64,000 nucleotides of DNA from Candidatus Tepidifontimicrobium thermophilum (GTDB lineage: Bacteria > Sysuimicrobiota > Sysuimicrobiia > Sysuimicrobiales > Sysuimicrobiaceae): NCBI GenBank assembly GCA_031459915.1, contig JAVKHO010000008.1, positions 32,001-96,000 of the forward strand. The letters run 5' to 3'. Made by a program: the position numbers and the translations under genes. The notes under the pieces were generated by a model. It was given only the letters and a program-made list of their open reading frames with translations, ran no database searches and was not told where the DNA came from. This document shows positions 30,297 through 41,203 of the stretch, piece by piece (the stretch's first letter is position 1; the number at the start of each line of letters is the position of its first letter).

Positions 30297-30384
30297 CGTT
30301 CACCTCCCGCGGTACGCCCGTGGGTTCGTAGCGTATCTTTGAGCTCGAAGGGCCGGGTTCCTGCAGGGAGTCGGGAGGTGTGCG

Positions 30385-31326
30385 GTGGCGCAGGCCGCGG
30401 TGGCCGTGGACCTGGGCGGGACCTGGATCCGGGCAGGGCGGGTGAGCCCGGCGGGGGCGGTGATGGAGGCGGTGCGGGTGCCCACACCGCAGACGGGGCC
30501 CGAGGCGGTGGCGGACGCCATCGGGGAGCTGGTCCGACGCCTGGGGCCTCTGCCGCCGGGCAGGGTGGGCGTGGCGGTGCCGGGCCCCCTGAGCGTGCGG
30601 GAGGGCGTGGTGTTCGAGCCCCCCAACCTGAAGGGCTGGAGGGACGTTCCCCTGCGCGGGATGCTGGAGGAACGGCTGGGCCGGCCCGTGGTGCTGGAGA
30701 ACGACGCCAACGCTGCTGCGGTGGGCGAGTGGTGGTGCGGGGCGGGACGCGGCAGCCGGCACCTGGTGTACGTGACGGTCAGCACGGGGGTAGGAGGCGG
30801 CTTGGTGCTGGACGGGCGGCTTTACCGGGGGGCCACCGACACCGCGGGGGAGATCGGACACGTGCTGGTGGACCCGGAAGGACCGGTGTGCTCGTGCGGC
30901 CGGCGTGGCCACCTTGAGGGCATCGCCTCAGGCCCTGCCATCGCCCGCTGGGTGCAGGAGCGCATCCGGGAGGGCCGGCCCAGCGTTCTGGCGACGGGGC
31001 GGCCATTTTCCGCGCGGGAGGTGGCCGAGGCCGCGGAGGCCGGCGACGCCCTGGCCCGGGAAGCCTTTGAGAGGGCCGGAAGGTACCTGGGCTGGACGGT
31101 GGCGGGTTTGCTGAACCTGCTCAACCCGGAGGTGGTGGTGATCGGCGGGGGGGTGGCGCGGGCGGGGCGTTGGCTGTTCGACCCCCTGCGGGAGGCTGCC
31201 CGGGAGGCCAGCTTCGAGCGTCCGTGGCAGGCGGCGCGCATCGTGCCCGCAGCGCTGGGAGACCGGGCGGGTTTAGTGGGAGCCGCGTACGTGGCGATGG
31301 AGGAAGGAGGGATCTCTGGTGGCTAG
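30385..31326 (+). CDS. ROK family sugar kinase (glucokinase-like)
   Basis: [32 protein letters not shown]. Confidence 0.92.
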   Translation: MAQAAVAVDLGGTWIRAGRVSPAGAVMEAVRVPTPQTGPEAVADAIGELVRRLGPLPPGRVGVAVPGPLSVREGVVFEPPNLKGWRDVPLRGMLEERLGRPVVLENDANAAAVGEWWCGAGRGSRHLVYVTVSTGVGGGLVLDGRLYRGATDTAGEIGHVLVDPEGPVCSCGRRGHLEGIASGPAIARWVQERIREGRPSVLATGRPFSAREVAEAAEAGDALAREAFERAGRYLGWTVAGLLNLLNPEVVVIGGGVARAGRWLFDPLREAAREASFERPWQAARIVPAALGDRAGLVGAAYVAMEEGGISGG

Positions 31327-31882
31327 AGTCTCGGTCCGCGTAGGGGGAGGAGTGCTAGAGCTGGTGCAGGGCGACATCACGCGGCAGGCCACCGAAGCCA
31401 TCGTGAACGCGGCCAACCCGAGCCTGATGGGCGGAGGGGGCGTGGACGGTGCCATCCACAGGGCCGGGGGACCGGCCATCCTGGAGGAGTGCAAGCAGAT
31501 CGTGAAGACCCTCCCGGGACGGCGGCTTCCGCCAGGCCAGGCGGTGATCACCACCGGTGGGAACCTGCCGGCCCGCTACGTGATCCACACCGTGGGGCCC
31601 GTGTGGCGGGGCGGCCAGGAGGGAGAGGACGAGGTCCTGGCCAGCGCTTACCGGTCCAGCCTGTTTCTGGCCAAGGAGAGAGGGCTGCGGTCGGTGGCGT
31701 TCCCCTCCATCAGCACCGGGGCGTACGGCTTCCCCGTGGAGCGCGCGGCACGCATCGCGCTGCGCACCCTGCTGGAGTTCCTGCGGCAACACCCCGGGAG
31801 CTTCGACGTGGTGCGCATGGTCCTGTGGAGCCCCCAGGACTTCGAGACGTACCGGCGGGCTCTGGAAGAGCTGGCGGGCTAG
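31319..31882 (+). CDS. Macrodomain O-acetyl-ADP-ribose deacetylase (YmdB-like)
   Basis: [39 protein letters not shown]. Confidence 0.95.
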   Translation: MARVSVRVGGGVLELVQGDITRQATEAIVNAANPSLMGGGGVDGAIHRAGGPAILEECKQIVKTLPGRRLPPGQAVITTGGNLPARYVIHTVGPVWRGGQEGEDEVLASAYRSSLFLAKERGLRSVAFPSISTGAYGFPVERAARIALRTLLEFLRQHPGSFDVVRMVLWSPQDFETYRRALEELAG

Positions 31883-31913
31883 GGGGGCCCGGGGACCCGC
31901 CGGCCCCACGCGG

Positions 31914-33104
31914 TCACAGAAGCAGCCGCACGGGGTTCTCCAGCAGGCGCTTCACGTTCACCAGGAACTGGGCGGCCCCCACCCCGTCGGTCACCCGGTG
32001 GTCCGCGGACACCGTAAGCTGCAGCACTGACCGCACCACCACCTGTCCGGATCGCACCACGGGGCGCTCCTGCGCCCGACCCACGGCCAGGATCCCCGCC
32101 TGCGGCGGCTGGATGATGGCCACGAAGTTGACCACGTCGTACATGCCCAGGTTGCTGACCGAGAAGGTGGCACCCGCGTACTCCTCCTGCCGCAGCCGCC
32201 GGGCGTGGGCGCCTTCCACCAGGCGCCGGGCCTCCTTGGCGAGCTGCAGCAGGGGCAGACGGTCCGCGTCCCGCAGCACGGGGGCGATGAGGCCATCCGG
32301 GGTGGCCACCATGATCCCGAGGTGGACGCGGCGGAACCGCCGCAGGGTCCGTTCGTCGACGACCTGGCTGTTGAGGTCCGGATGCTGTCGCAGGGCCAGG
32401 GCGGTCGCCTTGAGAACCAGGTCGTTCACCGTCACCCGCCCTTCTTCGCCCAGGGCTTCCTGCAGCTGCTCCCGCAGCTCGAGGGCACGGGTGAGGTCCA
32501 CCTCCGCGGTGACGTAGAAGTGGGGGATTTGCTGCTTGCTGTGGGTGACCACCCGGCTGATGGCCTGGCGCATGCGGCTCAGGGGGACGTCCTCGTACTC
32601 GGCCTCCGCGGGAGCAGGGGCCCTCGTCGCCCGGCTCTCCAGGTAGGCCAGCACGTCGCGCTCCACCACCCGTCCGCCGGGCCCGGTCCCGCGTACCTGG
32701 GCAAGGTCGATGCCGTGCTCGGCCGCGATGCGGCGCGCCAGGGGCGAGGCTTTCACCCGGGGGGGAGCGACCTCCGTGGGAGGTCCGCTGGGCGCCGGAG
32801 CAGGTTCCGCGGCGGGAGCCTGCTCGGGCTGCGCGGCCGGTGAAGGAGCCTGCCGCGCCGCAGCCTCAGCAGGCTGTCCGTCGATGTACGCGATCACCTG
32901 CCCCACGGGCACCACCTGGCCCTCGGGGACCAGGATCTGGAGGATCCCCGAGGCCTCGGCCTCGATCTCCACGTTCACCTTGTCCGTCTCGATCTCCGCC
33001 AAGACCTCGCCCTTCTCCACCCGGTCCCCGTGACGCTTGCGCCACGAGAGGATCTTGCCCTCGGTCATGGCGTCGCCCATCTTGGGCATGATCACCTCGG
33101 CCAT
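31914..33104 (-). CDS. pdhC: Dihydrolipoamide acetyltransferase (E2), single lipoyl domain
   Basis: IETDKV lipoyl motif, ASPLARRIA E3-binding domain, DHRVTDG. Confidence 0.92.
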   Translation of the reverse strand: MAEVIMPKMGDAMTEGKILSWRKRHGDRVEKGEVLAEIETDKVNVEIEAEASGILQILVPEGQVVPVGQVIAYIDGQPAEAAARQAPSPAAQPEQAPAAEPAPAPSGPPTEVAPPRVKASPLARRIAAEHGIDLAQVRGTGPGGRVVERDVLAYLESRATRAPAPAEAEYEDVPLSRMRQAISRVVTHSKQQIPHFYVTAEVDLTRALELREQLQEALGEEGRVTVNDLVLKATALALRQHPDLNSQVVDERTLRRFRRVHLGIMVATPDGLIAPVLRDADRLPLLQLAKEARRLVEGAHARRLRQEEYAGATFSVSNLGMYDVVNFVAIIQPPQAGILAVGRAQERPVVRSGQVVVRSVLQLTVSADHRVTDGVGAAQFLVNVKRLLENPVRLLL

Positions 33105-33119
33105 GCCCACCTCCGGTCG

Positions 33120-34094
33120 CTACTGCAACACCCGTCGGACCGCGCGGGCAATGCGGTCCTCGTCGGGGAACGCGAGCTTCTCGAGGTTGCGGGCGTAGGG
33201 GGCGGGCACGTCCTCCCCGGTGACGCGCTCCACGGGCGCGTCCAGGTCGTCGAAGCACCGTTCGTAGATGCCCGCAGCCACCTCCGCGGCGGCCCCGAAA
33301 AGCGGCCACTGCTCCTGCACTACCACCGCCCGGTGCGTGCGCCGCACCGACTCGGCCACCGTGTCCATGTCGAGGGGGCGTAGGCTGCGCAGGTCCACCA
33401 CCTCGCACTCCACACCTTCGCGGGCGAGCTCGTCCGCGGCCGCCAGGGCTAGGTGCAGCATGCGGCTGTACGCCACCACAGTGACGTGCCGGCCCGGGCG
33501 GACCACCGCGGCTTGGCCGAAGGGGACGGTGTAGTCCCCGTCGGGCACGGGCCCCTTGATCCCGTACAGGGCCGCGTGCTCGAGGAAGATCACGGGGTCC
33601 TCGGACCGGAGGGCGGTGCGCAGCAACCCTTTGGCGTCCGCGGGGGTGGCGGGAGCCACTACCCGCAGGCCGGGGAAGTGGCCGTAGAAAGACTCCAGGG
33701 ACTGGGAGTGCTGGGCGGAAAGCTGGACGCCCGCTCCGTTGGGGCCCCGGATGACCAGGGGCACGGAAACCTGCCCGCCGGAGAAGTAGCGCACCTTGGC
33801 GGCGTTCTGCAGGATCTGGTCCGCGGCGGGCAGGGAGAAGTTCCAGGTCATGACCTCCACCACCGGCCGCAGCCCCAGCAGGGCCATGCCGATGGCGGCG
33901 CCAATGAACCCCAGCTCCGAGATGGGGGTGTCGATGACCCGCTTGGGTCCGTAGCGGTCCAGCAGCCCCTCCGTGATCCGGAAGGTGCCCTGGTAGACGC
34001 CGATGTCCTCGCCCAGGAGCAGCACCCGCGGGTCGCGGTCCATCTCCTCCACCAGGGTGGATCGCAGGGCTTCCCGGTAGGTCATCTCGGTCAT
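33120..34094 (-). CDS. pdhB: Pyruvate dehydrogenase E1 beta subunit
   Basis: MTYREAL, DTPISE, AQHSQSLE, DLRSLRPLD. Confidence 0.92.
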   Translation of the reverse strand: MTEMTYREALRSTLVEEMDRDPRVLLLGEDIGVYQGTFRITEGLLDRYGPKRVIDTPISELGFIGAAIGMALLGLRPVVEVMTWNFSLPAADQILQNAAKVRYFSGGQVSVPLVIRGPNGAGVQLSAQHSQSLESFYGHFPGLRVVAPATPADAKGLLRTALRSEDPVIFLEHAALYGIKGPVPDGDYTVPFGQAAVVRPGRHVTVVAYSRMLHLALAAADELAREGVECEVVDLRSLRPLDMDTVAESVRRTHRAVVVQEQWPLFGAAAEVAAGIYERCFDDLDAPVERVTGEDVPAPYARNLEKLAFPDEDRIARAVRRVLQ

Positions 34095-34099
34095 GTCCC

Positions 34100-35095
34100 T
34101 CACGCCCCGTACACGTCCCGATACAGCTCCTCCGGCGGCGGTTCGGGGCTGGATTCCGCGAAGCTCACCGCTTCCTGCACCCGTTTTTCCGCCCAGGCCT
34201 CCACCTCGCGAACCGCCTCGTCGTCCAGGGCGCCCGCTTCCCGGAGCCGCCGCTCCAGCACGAGGATGGGGTCGCGTTGCCGCCAGCGTTCCACCTCCTG
34301 CTTGGTACGGTAGGGCTGGAACAGGTCCGCGGCGCCGTGGCCGGAGAACCGGTAGGTGAGGGCCTCCACCGCGTAGGGCCGGCCCGTGCGGCGCACCTCC
34401 TCCACGACCCGCCGGGCCACCTCGTAGACGGCTACCACGTCCATCCCGTCGCATCGTTCGTTCGGGATGTCGTACGCGTCGAACCGCCGCGCCAGCTCCA
34501 CCACCGCGGAGGCGCGTTCCACGGAGGTGCCCATCCCGTACTGGTTGTTCTCCACCACGAAGACCACGGGGCACAGGCCCTCGCGGCCCCACAGCCCCGC
34601 CAGGTTGGCGCCCTCGTGGAGGGCTCCGCTGTTCATCGCGCCGTCCCCGAAGAAGCACAGGCACACCCGGTCGGTCCCCTGGTAGCGGAGCGCGTACGCA
34701 GCCCCCACCGCCAGCGGGATGTGTCCCCCCACGATCCCGTAGCCGCCGTAGTTTCCCCGGGCGACGTCGAACAGGTGCATGGATCCCCCCTTGCCCTTAC
34801 ACGTGCCCCCGAGCTTCCCGTACAGCTCCGCCATCACCGTGCCCGGGTCCGTGCCCCGGACCAGGGTGTGCACGTGGTCCCGGTACGAGACGAAGAACAC
34901 GTCGTCCGGACGGATGGCGGACAGAAAGCCCAGGGGGACCGCCTCCTGGCCGATGGCCACGTGCAGGTAGCCTCCGATCTTCCCGCGCCGGAAGCTCCGC
35001 TCCGTCTGCTCCTCGAAGCGACGGCAGAAGACCAGGGTCCGGTACCACTCCAGGAGGGTGTCCACCGGCACGGTTATCGGCTCCGCGTGCTGCAT
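34100..35095 (-). CDS. pdhA: Pyruvate dehydrogenase E1 alpha subunit
   Basis: GKIGGYLH, GKGGSMH, GDGA...ENNQYGMGT (TPP motif), TYRFSGH. Confidence 0.92.
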   Translation of the reverse strand: MQHAEPITVPVDTLLEWYRTLVFCRRFEEQTERSFRRGKIGGYLHVAIGQEAVPLGFLSAIRPDDVFFVSYRDHVHTLVRGTDPGTVMAELYGKLGGTCKGKGGSMHLFDVARGNYGGYGIVGGHIPLAVGAAYALRYQGTDRVCLCFFGDGAMNSGALHEGANLAGLWGREGLCPVVFVVENNQYGMGTSVERASAVVELARRFDAYDIPNERCDGMDVVAVYEVARRVVEEVRRTGRPYAVEALTYRFSGHGAADLFQPYRTKQEVERWRQRDPILVLERRLREAGALDDEAVREVEAWAEKRVQEAVSFAESSPEPPPEELYRDVYGA

Positions 35096-35113
35096 GGGTC
35101 CTCCCCTCCGTGC

Positions 35114-36481
35114 TCACGACGACCAGCGGCCGAGCTGGCCGAGGTCCACCCGGCGCTGGACGAAGTTCGTGTACACCTCGCCGCGCCGGAAGAAGGCGTT
35201 GTCCAGGATGGCCCGGTGAAGCGGGAGGGTGGTGCGGATCCCCGTGATCTCGAACTCCCGGAGCGCCCGCTCCATGCGGGCGATGGCCTCCATCCGGTCC
35301 CGTCCCCAGGCCACCACCTTTGCCACCAGTGAATCATAGTACGGGGGGATCGTGTAGCCCGCGTACACGTGGGTGTCCACCCGCACCCCGGGGCCGCCGG
35401 GCGGCACGAAGGACACCACCCGACCCGGGGACGGGCGGAAGTCCCGCGCGGGGTCCTCCGCGTTGATCCGGCACTCCAGGGCGTGGCCGCGGAACTCCAC
35501 CTCCCGCTGGCTGAAGCGGAGGCGCTCTCCCGCGGCGATGCGGATCTGCTCGGCCACCAGGTCCAGGCCCGTGATGGCTTCCGTGACGGGGTGCTCCACC
35601 TGGATGCGGGTGTTCATCTCCAGGAAATAGAAGTTGTCCTGGCGGTCCACCAGGAACTCCACGGTGCCCGCGTTCACGTATCCGATGGTGCGGACCAGGC
35701 GCAGGGCCGCACGGTACAGCTGCGCCCGCAGGCGGGGGGATAATCCGGGGGCCGGTGCTTCTTCCAACAGCTTCTGGTGGCGGCGCTGGATGGAGCACTC
35801 CCGGTCGCCGAGGTGGATGGCGTTGCCCCGGCTGTCCGCGAGGACCTGCACCTCCACGTGCCGGGGCTCCTCCAGGTACTTCTCCAGGTACAGCTCGCCG
35901 CTGCCGAAGGCGGCCTCCGCCTCCCGCTGCGCAGTTTGCAGGGCGCGGGCGAGGTCCTCGCGGTTGTGCACCACCCGCATGCCGCGCCCCCCGCCGCCCG
36001 CGGAGGCCTTCACCAGCAGCGGGTAGCCGATGCGGTCGGCGATCTGGTAGGCCTCCCGCTCGTTCCGTACAGGTCCGGGGCTCCCGGGGACCACGGGGAC
36101 GCCCGCGCGCTGGGCGATCTCCCGGGCTCGGGCTTTGTTGCCCATGGCCTCGATGGCCTCGGGGGGCGGGCCGATGAAGGCGATCCGGGCGTCCCGACAG
36201 ATCTCCGCGAACCGCGGGTCCTCCGACAGGAAGCCGTAGCCCGGGTGGATGGCGTCCACCCCAAGCAGCTCCGCGGTGCTCAGGATGTTGGGCACGTTCA
36301 GGTAGCTCTCGGAAGCCGGAGGCGGGCCGATGCAGAACGCCTCGTCCGCTAGCCGGACGTGCAGGCTGTCCCGGTCCGCCTCGGAGTACACGGCCACGGT
36401 GCGGATCCCGAGCTCCCGGCACGCCCGGATCACCCGTACCGCGATCTCGCCCCGGTTGGCTACGAGGACCTTCCGGAACAT
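35114..36481 (-). CDS. accC: Acetyl-CoA carboxylase biotin carboxylase
   Basis: [33 protein letters not shown]. Confidence 0.97.
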   Translation of the reverse strand: MFRKVLVANRGEIAVRVIRACRELGIRTVAVYSEADRDSLHVRLADEAFCIGPPPASESYLNVPNILSTAELLGVDAIHPGYGFLSEDPRFAEICRDARIAFIGPPPEAIEAMGNKARAREIAQRAGVPVVPGSPGPVRNEREAYQIADRIGYPLLVKASAGGGGRGMRVVHNREDLARALQTAQREAEAAFGSGELYLEKYLEEPRHVEVQVLADSRGNAIHLGDRECSIQRRHQKLLEEAPAPGLSPRLRAQLYRAALRLVRTIGYVNAGTVEFLVDRQDNFYFLEMNTRIQVEHPVTEAITGLDLVAEQIRIAAGERLRFSQREVEFRGHALECRINAEDPARDFRPSPGRVVSFVPPGGPGVRVDTHVYAGYTIPPYYDSLVAKVVAWGRDRMEAIARMERALREFEITGIRTTLPLHRAILDNAFFRRGEVYTNFVQRRVDLGQLGRWSS

Positions 36482-36490
36482 GCGGGGAGG

Positions 36491-36952
36491 CTACCCTTGA
36501 GGGTCGATGAGGAACAGGGGCTGCCCGTACTCCACGGGAGCCCCGTTCTCCGCCAGCACCCGCACCACCCGCCCGGACACCTCCGCGGGGATCTCGTTGA
36601 ACATCTTCATCGCCTCGATGATGCACAGGGTCTGGCCAGCTTCCACCCGGTCGCCCTCCTGGACGAAGGGCGGCTGGTCCGGTCCGGGAGCCCGGTAGAA
36701 GGTGCCGACCATGGGCGCGGTGACGGGGACCCAGTGGGGGCTGTGTGCCTCCGGGGCCGGGGCAGCAGGGGCGGGGGCTGCGGCCGGAGGGTTGACCGGG
36801 GTAGGCGGCGCAGTCCCGCGGGGGGCCTTCCGGATGGCCACCCGGAGGTGCCCGGCCTCCACCTCCAGCTCCGTGATGTCCGCTTCGCTGGCGATCCGCA
36901 CCAGCTCGCGGATCTCGTCGAAGTTCAGCGAGGGCCGCTGGTCGTCCGACAT
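36491..36952 (-). CDS. accB: Biotin carboxyl carrier protein
   Basis: [16 protein letters not shown]. Confidence 0.97.
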   Translation of the reverse strand: MSDDQRPSLNFDEIRELVRIASEADITELEVEAGHLRVAIRKAPRGTAPPTPVNPPAAAPAPAAPAPEAHSPHWVPVTAPMVGTFYRAPGPDQPPFVQEGDRVEAGQTLCIIEAMKMFNEIPAEVSGRVVRVLAENGAPVEYGQPLFLIDPQG

Positions 36953-36975
36953 CGGCGCTCCTTTTCGGGGCGGGT

Positions 36976-37965
36976 TCACCAACCGCCTGCCAGCAGGTCC
37001 GAGGGGTGAGAGGTGAACCGGCCCATCCGCCGGTACTTATCGTAGCGGCGCCGTAGCCGCTCCTCAGGAGGGACGGCCTGGACCTCCCGCAGGTGCCGTA
37101 CCAGCGCCTCGCGCAGGGCCTGGGCGGCGCGTTCCGGGTCCAGGTGGGCGCCCCCTAAGGGCTCCGGGACCACCTCGTCCACCACGCCGAGCTCCAGGAG
37201 GTCCTGCGCGGTGAGTTTGAGGGCTGACGCGGCCTCCTCCTTGCGGGCGGCGTCCCGCCACAGGATGGCGGCGCAGCCCTCGGGCGGGATCACGGAGTAA
37301 ATGGCGTACTGCATCATGAGCACCCGGTCTCCGACCCCGATGGCCAGCGCCCCGCCGCTGCCGCCCTCGCCGGTGATTGCCACCACCACGGGCGACCGCA
37401 GCTGCACCAGGGTCAGGATGCTGCGGGCGATGGCTTCTGCCTGGCCGCGCTCCTCCGCCTCCACGCCCGGGTACGCCGCGGGAGTGTCCACCAGCGCCAC
37501 CGCGGGCAACCCCAGTTTGTCCGCCAGGCGCAGGACCCGCGCGGCCTTCCGGTAGCCCTCCGGGTTCGGCATGCCCCAGCGCCGGTGCACGTTCTCCCGC
37601 GTGTCCTTGCCCTTGTGGTGGCCCACCACCACCACCGGCTGGCCGTCCAGGCGCGCGAGCCCGCAGAACATGGCGGGGTCGTCGCCGAACAGGCGGTCCC
37701 CGTGCAGCTCCACCACGTCCGTGAACAGCCTCTGCAGGTAGTCCGCGAGCTTGGGGCGCTGCGGGTGACGGGCGGCCTGCACCACTTGCCAGGGCGTGGG
37801 CTGGCGCCACAGGGCCTCCCGCAGGACCTGCACCCGCTCCCGCAGAGCCTGCAGGCGGGCCTCCAGGTCGGGGACGTCGGGACTCGCCGCCTGCAGCTGC
37901 GCCAGCTGCTCCTCCAGCTGCTGCAGCTCCCGCTCCTGCTCGCTCCGGTCAGGCGCGGTGGTCAA
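36976..37965 (-). CDS. accA: Acetyl-CoA carboxylase carboxyltransferase alpha
   Basis: [37 protein letters not shown]. Confidence 0.97.
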   Translation of the reverse strand: MTTAPDRSEQERELQQLEEQLAQLQAASPDVPDLEARLQALRERVQVLREALWRQPTPWQVVQAARHPQRPKLADYLQRLFTDVVELHGDRLFGDDPAMFCGLARLDGQPVVVVGHHKGKDTRENVHRRWGMPNPEGYRKAARVLRLADKLGLPAVALVDTPAAYPGVEAEERGQAEAIARSILTLVQLRSPVVVAITGEGGSGGALAIGVGDRVLMMQYAIYSVIPPEGCAAILWRDAARKEEAASALKLTAQDLLELGVVDEVVPEPLGGAHLDPERAAQALREALVRHLREVQAVPPEERLRRRYDKYRRMGRFTSHPSDLLAGGW

Positions 37966-38806
37966 CGGTCACCTCTCCGCCCACGCTCATCAGCCGCAGC
38001 AGGCGCGCCACGGTGCGCTTCAGCTCTGACCGGGGCACGATGAGGTCCACGAGCCCGCAGCGCAGGAGGAACTCCGCGGTCTGGAAGCCCTCGGGGAGCT
38101 TCTGCCGGATGGTCTGCTCGATGACGCGGGCGCCCGCGAAGCCGATGAGGGCTCCCGGTTCGGCCACGTGCACGTCGCCCAGCATCGCGAAGGACGCGGT
38201 GACCCCGCCCGTGGTGGGGTCGCACAGAACGGACACGAAGGGCAACCCCGCCGCGTGCAGCCGGCCCACCGAGGCCACCGTCTTGGCCAGCTGCATGAGG
38301 GACAGGACGCCTTCCTGCATCCGGGCTCCGCCACTGGCGCTGCAGGTGACCACGGGAAGCCGGAGCTCCACAGCCCGCTCGAACGTCCGGGCGACCTTCT
38401 CGCCCACCACGGAGCCCATGCTGCCGCCGAGGAACTCGAAGTCCAGCACCGCCACCGCCGCCTCCACACCCTCGATGCGGCCGCGGCCGGTGAGCACCGC
38501 CTCCCGACGGCCCGTGCGCTGCACCGCCTGACGGTAGCGGTCCGCATACTCCGGGAAGCCCAAAGGGTCTACGGAGGCGAGCTCCGCGTCCCACTCCTCG
38601 AAGGTCCCCTCGTCCACCAGCAGCCGGAGCCGCTCGGGCCCGCTCAGGCGGTGGTGGTAGCCGCACTTGGGACACACCTTCAGGTTGCGTTCCAGCTCCT
38701 TGCGGTACACCAGCTGCGCGCACCGGGGACATTTGGCCCACAGTCCCGCGGGGATGTCCCGCCGCTCCACGGACTCGTACTTGGGACGGCGCAACCAGTT
38801 CAACAC
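37949..38806 (-). CDS. accD: Acetyl-CoA carboxylase carboxyltransferase beta
   Basis: 3' part of ORF 37949..40051; CPRC...CPKC zinc finger, GGSMGSVVGEK, GGARMQEG, PTTGGVTASFA. Confidence 0.97.
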   Translation of the reverse strand: MLNWLRRPKYESVERRDIPAGLWAKCPRCAQLVYRKELERNLKVCPKCGYHHRLSGPERLRLLVDEGTFEEWDAELASVDPLGFPEYADRYRQAVQRTGRREAVLTGRGRIEGVEAAVAVLDFEFLGGSMGSVVGEKVARTFERAVELRLPVVTCSASGGARMQEGVLSLMQLAKTVASVGRLHAAGLPFVSVLCDPTTGGVTASFAMLGDVHVAEPGALIGFAGARVIEQTIRQKLPEGFQTAEFLLRCGLVDLIVPRSELKRTVARLLRLMSVGGEVTVDHRA

Positions 38807-38875
38807 GGTTTCGGCTTTTCGGGTCTCCCGGTGCGGAATCCTGCCCGCACAATGGGTCAGGAGGGAGGTGACCGG

Positions 38876-39991
38876 ATGGTCCGGAAGGTGGGTGCCCTGG
38901 TGGTGCTGGCCGCGGTGTGGCTGAGTGCTTCGGGTGCTATCCACGCGGGCGCGGTGGACGAAGTGGAGGTTTACCGCTGGCGGCTGGAGAACGCGGCCGG
39001 GGGGGCGGTGGAGGCCAGCGAGGACGGCGGCCGCACGTGGAGGGTGATCGGGCGGGTCGTACGTCCCGCGGTGAGCTCCGCGGTGGGGTTCACGGCCAGC
39101 CGATGGGGCCGGACGGGCACGGTGGTGGCCAGCGGTGCCAACGCGGTGCACGTGAAGGTAGGAGAGGCTGCCGACGGCCGTGGGCTCATTTTCAGCGTGT
39201 GGCCCCGTGGCACGCCGTGGGCACCCCACGGGATCCTCACGGACATCCCTGGCGGCCGCGGGATCTTCGGCGGGCGCTACAGCGCCTTCGTGGGCAACGA
39301 GGTCCTGGCGGAGGGGCCGGACGGGCTGCGGCCTGTGGCCGGCTGGGTCCCCACCGTGGGCGTGCGGCTGTGGGTGGTGGTCCGGCGGCCTGCCCGCTAC
39401 CCCGCAGAGGTGGAGTTCGAGAACCGGTTCGGCGGCTTGATCCGGGCCCGCTACCTGGACGGCACGGAGGAGCTGCTGGCGGTGGTGCTGCGGCCCGTGG
39501 CGGGCGTGGGCCGGTTCCAGGGGACGCAGTACGTGGGCATCGGCCGCGTGCGGGCCAACCACCCGGGCGTCATCGACATCTCTACCTCGCCCGTGGGGCA
39601 AGTGGGCGGGTTCCAGATCATCCCCCGGGACCACGCCCACAGCCCGGAGCTGGTGGGCGCGGTGCTGGGGACGCAGTGGATGGTGGTGGGTCCCCTCAAC
39701 CCGCTCGACCCCTCGCCCCAGGGGACCGCGCCGCTGTTCTCCGCGTTCATCGCGCCGCGCTACGACCCCGACGACCTGCTGGACGAGGAGGAGTGGCAGC
39801 GGCGGGTCGCGGAGCGGTTTTTGGTGATGTGCCGGGTGGACGCGGGTCCGTGGACCCTGTTCCCGCCCTTGGTGGGCCGTCGGGACGACGCCCTCCTGCG
39901 GGTGACCCACATCAAGATCCTCATGCCCCTTTGGTCCCGCCAGACGGCGCCGGAGCCTGAGGGCCCGCGAAAGGGAGGCCGGGGGTTGTGA
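38876..39991 (+). CDS. Secreted hypothetical protein
   Basis: RBS GGAGGT, signal peptide, Asp-box-like SEDGGRTW; protein-like composition. Confidence 0.75.
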   Translation: MVRKVGALVVLAAVWLSASGAIHAGAVDEVEVYRWRLENAAGGAVEASEDGGRTWRVIGRVVRPAVSSAVGFTASRWGRTGTVVASGANAVHVKVGEAADGRGLIFSVWPRGTPWAPHGILTDIPGGRGIFGGRYSAFVGNEVLAEGPDGLRPVAGWVPTVGVRLWVVVRRPARYPAEVEFENRFGGLIRARYLDGTEELLAVVLRPVAGVGRFQGTQYVGIGRVRANHPGVIDISTSPVGQVGGFQIIPRDHAHSPELVGAVLGTQWMVVGPLNPLDPSPQGTAPLFSAFIAPRYDPDDLLDEEEWQRRVAERFLVMCRVDAGPWTLFPPLVGRRDDALLRVTHIKILMPLWSRQTAPEPEGPRKGGRGL

Positions 39992-40041
39992 GATTATGGG
40001 GGAGAAGGGCAGGGAGAATTGTCCGAGCGGAGGGTAGAGGG

Positions 40042-41196
40042 ATGTCGACACCCTATTCCGTGTACGGACCGGCTCAAGATACCCCGCCGCCCACTAGGCC
40101 GCGCGGCCCCGGGTTCGGGGTGTGGGTGGCGGTGGTGGTGCTGGCGGTGGCCAGCGGGGCCGTGGGCGGCTATCTGTCCGCGCGACGGCTGGCCGGCCCG
40201 ACCCCTGTGGTGGTCGCCTCCCCACAGGCACCGTCGGCCCCGGGCGGGGTGGTCCGGGTGCAGGCGGAAGAGTCCGTGGTCATCCAGGTGGTGGAGAAGG
40301 TCCGGCCCGCGGTGGTGAACATCCAAACCCGCGGCTTCGCACCGGACTTCTTCGGCCAGCTGTTCCCGCAGGAGGGAGCGGGCTCGGGCGTCATCGTCAG
40401 CGAGGACGGGTACATCCTCACCAACAACCACGTGATCCGGAACGCGACTCAGATCCGGGTGCGGCTGCTAGACGGCACCGAGCTGGAGGGTCGCGTGGTG
40501 GGGACCGACCCGCCCTCGGACCTGGCGGTGATCAAGGTGGATCCCAGGGGCCGGAAGCTCCCGGCAGCAGAACTGGGGGACTCCCACGCCCTGCGGGTGG
40601 GCCAGCTGGCCATCGCCATCGGGAACCCCTTCGGGTTGGGGAGCACGGTGACGGTAGGGGTGGTGAGCGCCCTCAACCGCTCCATCCAGGTGCCCGGGTT
40701 CGTCATCGACAACCTGATCCAGACCGACGCCGCCATTAACCCTGGCAACAGCGGGGGCGCCCTGGTGAACAGCGCGGGCCAGGTGATCGGCATCAACACC
40801 GCCATCATCCCTCAGGCCCAGGGCATCGGCTTCGCCATTCCCTCCTCGGTGGCGCGGTCCGTGATGGAACAGCTGATCCGCACGGGCAGCGTGCAGCGGC
40901 CCTTCTTCGGCGTGGCGTACGTGGAGGTGACCCGAGAGCTGGCGCAGGCGTACGGACTGGCGGCAGACCACGGGGTGCTGGTCCAGCAGGTGGTGCCGGG
41001 CAGCGGAGCGGAGGCGGCGGGCGTCAAGCCCCTGGACATCATCGTGGAGATGCAGGGCAAGCGGATCGAGGGTGCTTCGGACTTCCAGCGGGAGATCCTG
41101 CAGCGCCGGGTGGGCGACGTGGTGACGGTGACGGTGGTCCGGGGCGGGCAGCGGCTGCAGCTGCGGGTGCGGCTGGGACCGCGGCCGCCGCAGTGA
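40042..41196 (+). CDS. htrA: HtrA/DegP-family serine protease with one PDZ domain
   Basis: TM anchor, [26 protein letters not shown]. Confidence 0.95.
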   Translation: MSTPYSVYGPAQDTPPPTRPRGPGFGVWVAVVVLAVASGAVGGYLSARRLAGPTPVVVASPQAPSAPGGVVRVQAEESVVIQVVEKVRPAVVNIQTRGFAPDFFGQLFPQEGAGSGVIVSEDGYILTNNHVIRNATQIRVRLLDGTELEGRVVGTDPPSDLAVIKVDPRGRKLPAAELGDSHALRVGQLAIAIGNPFGLGSTVTVGVVSALNRSIQVPGFVIDNLIQTDAAINPGNSGGALVNSAGQVIGINTAIIPQAQGIGFAIPSSVARSVMEQLIRTGSVQRPFFGVAYVEVTRELAQAYGLAADHGVLVQQVVPGSGAEAAGVKPLDIIVEMQGKRIEGASDFQREILQRRVGDVVTVTVVRGGQRLQLRVRLGPRPPQ

Positions 41197-41203
41197 GGGT
41201 GCC

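Noticed and set aside
38807..40051. Apparent 700-aa AccD fusion
   Set aside because: The extension is the antisense shadow of the plus-strand secreted protein; AccD homology starts near 38806
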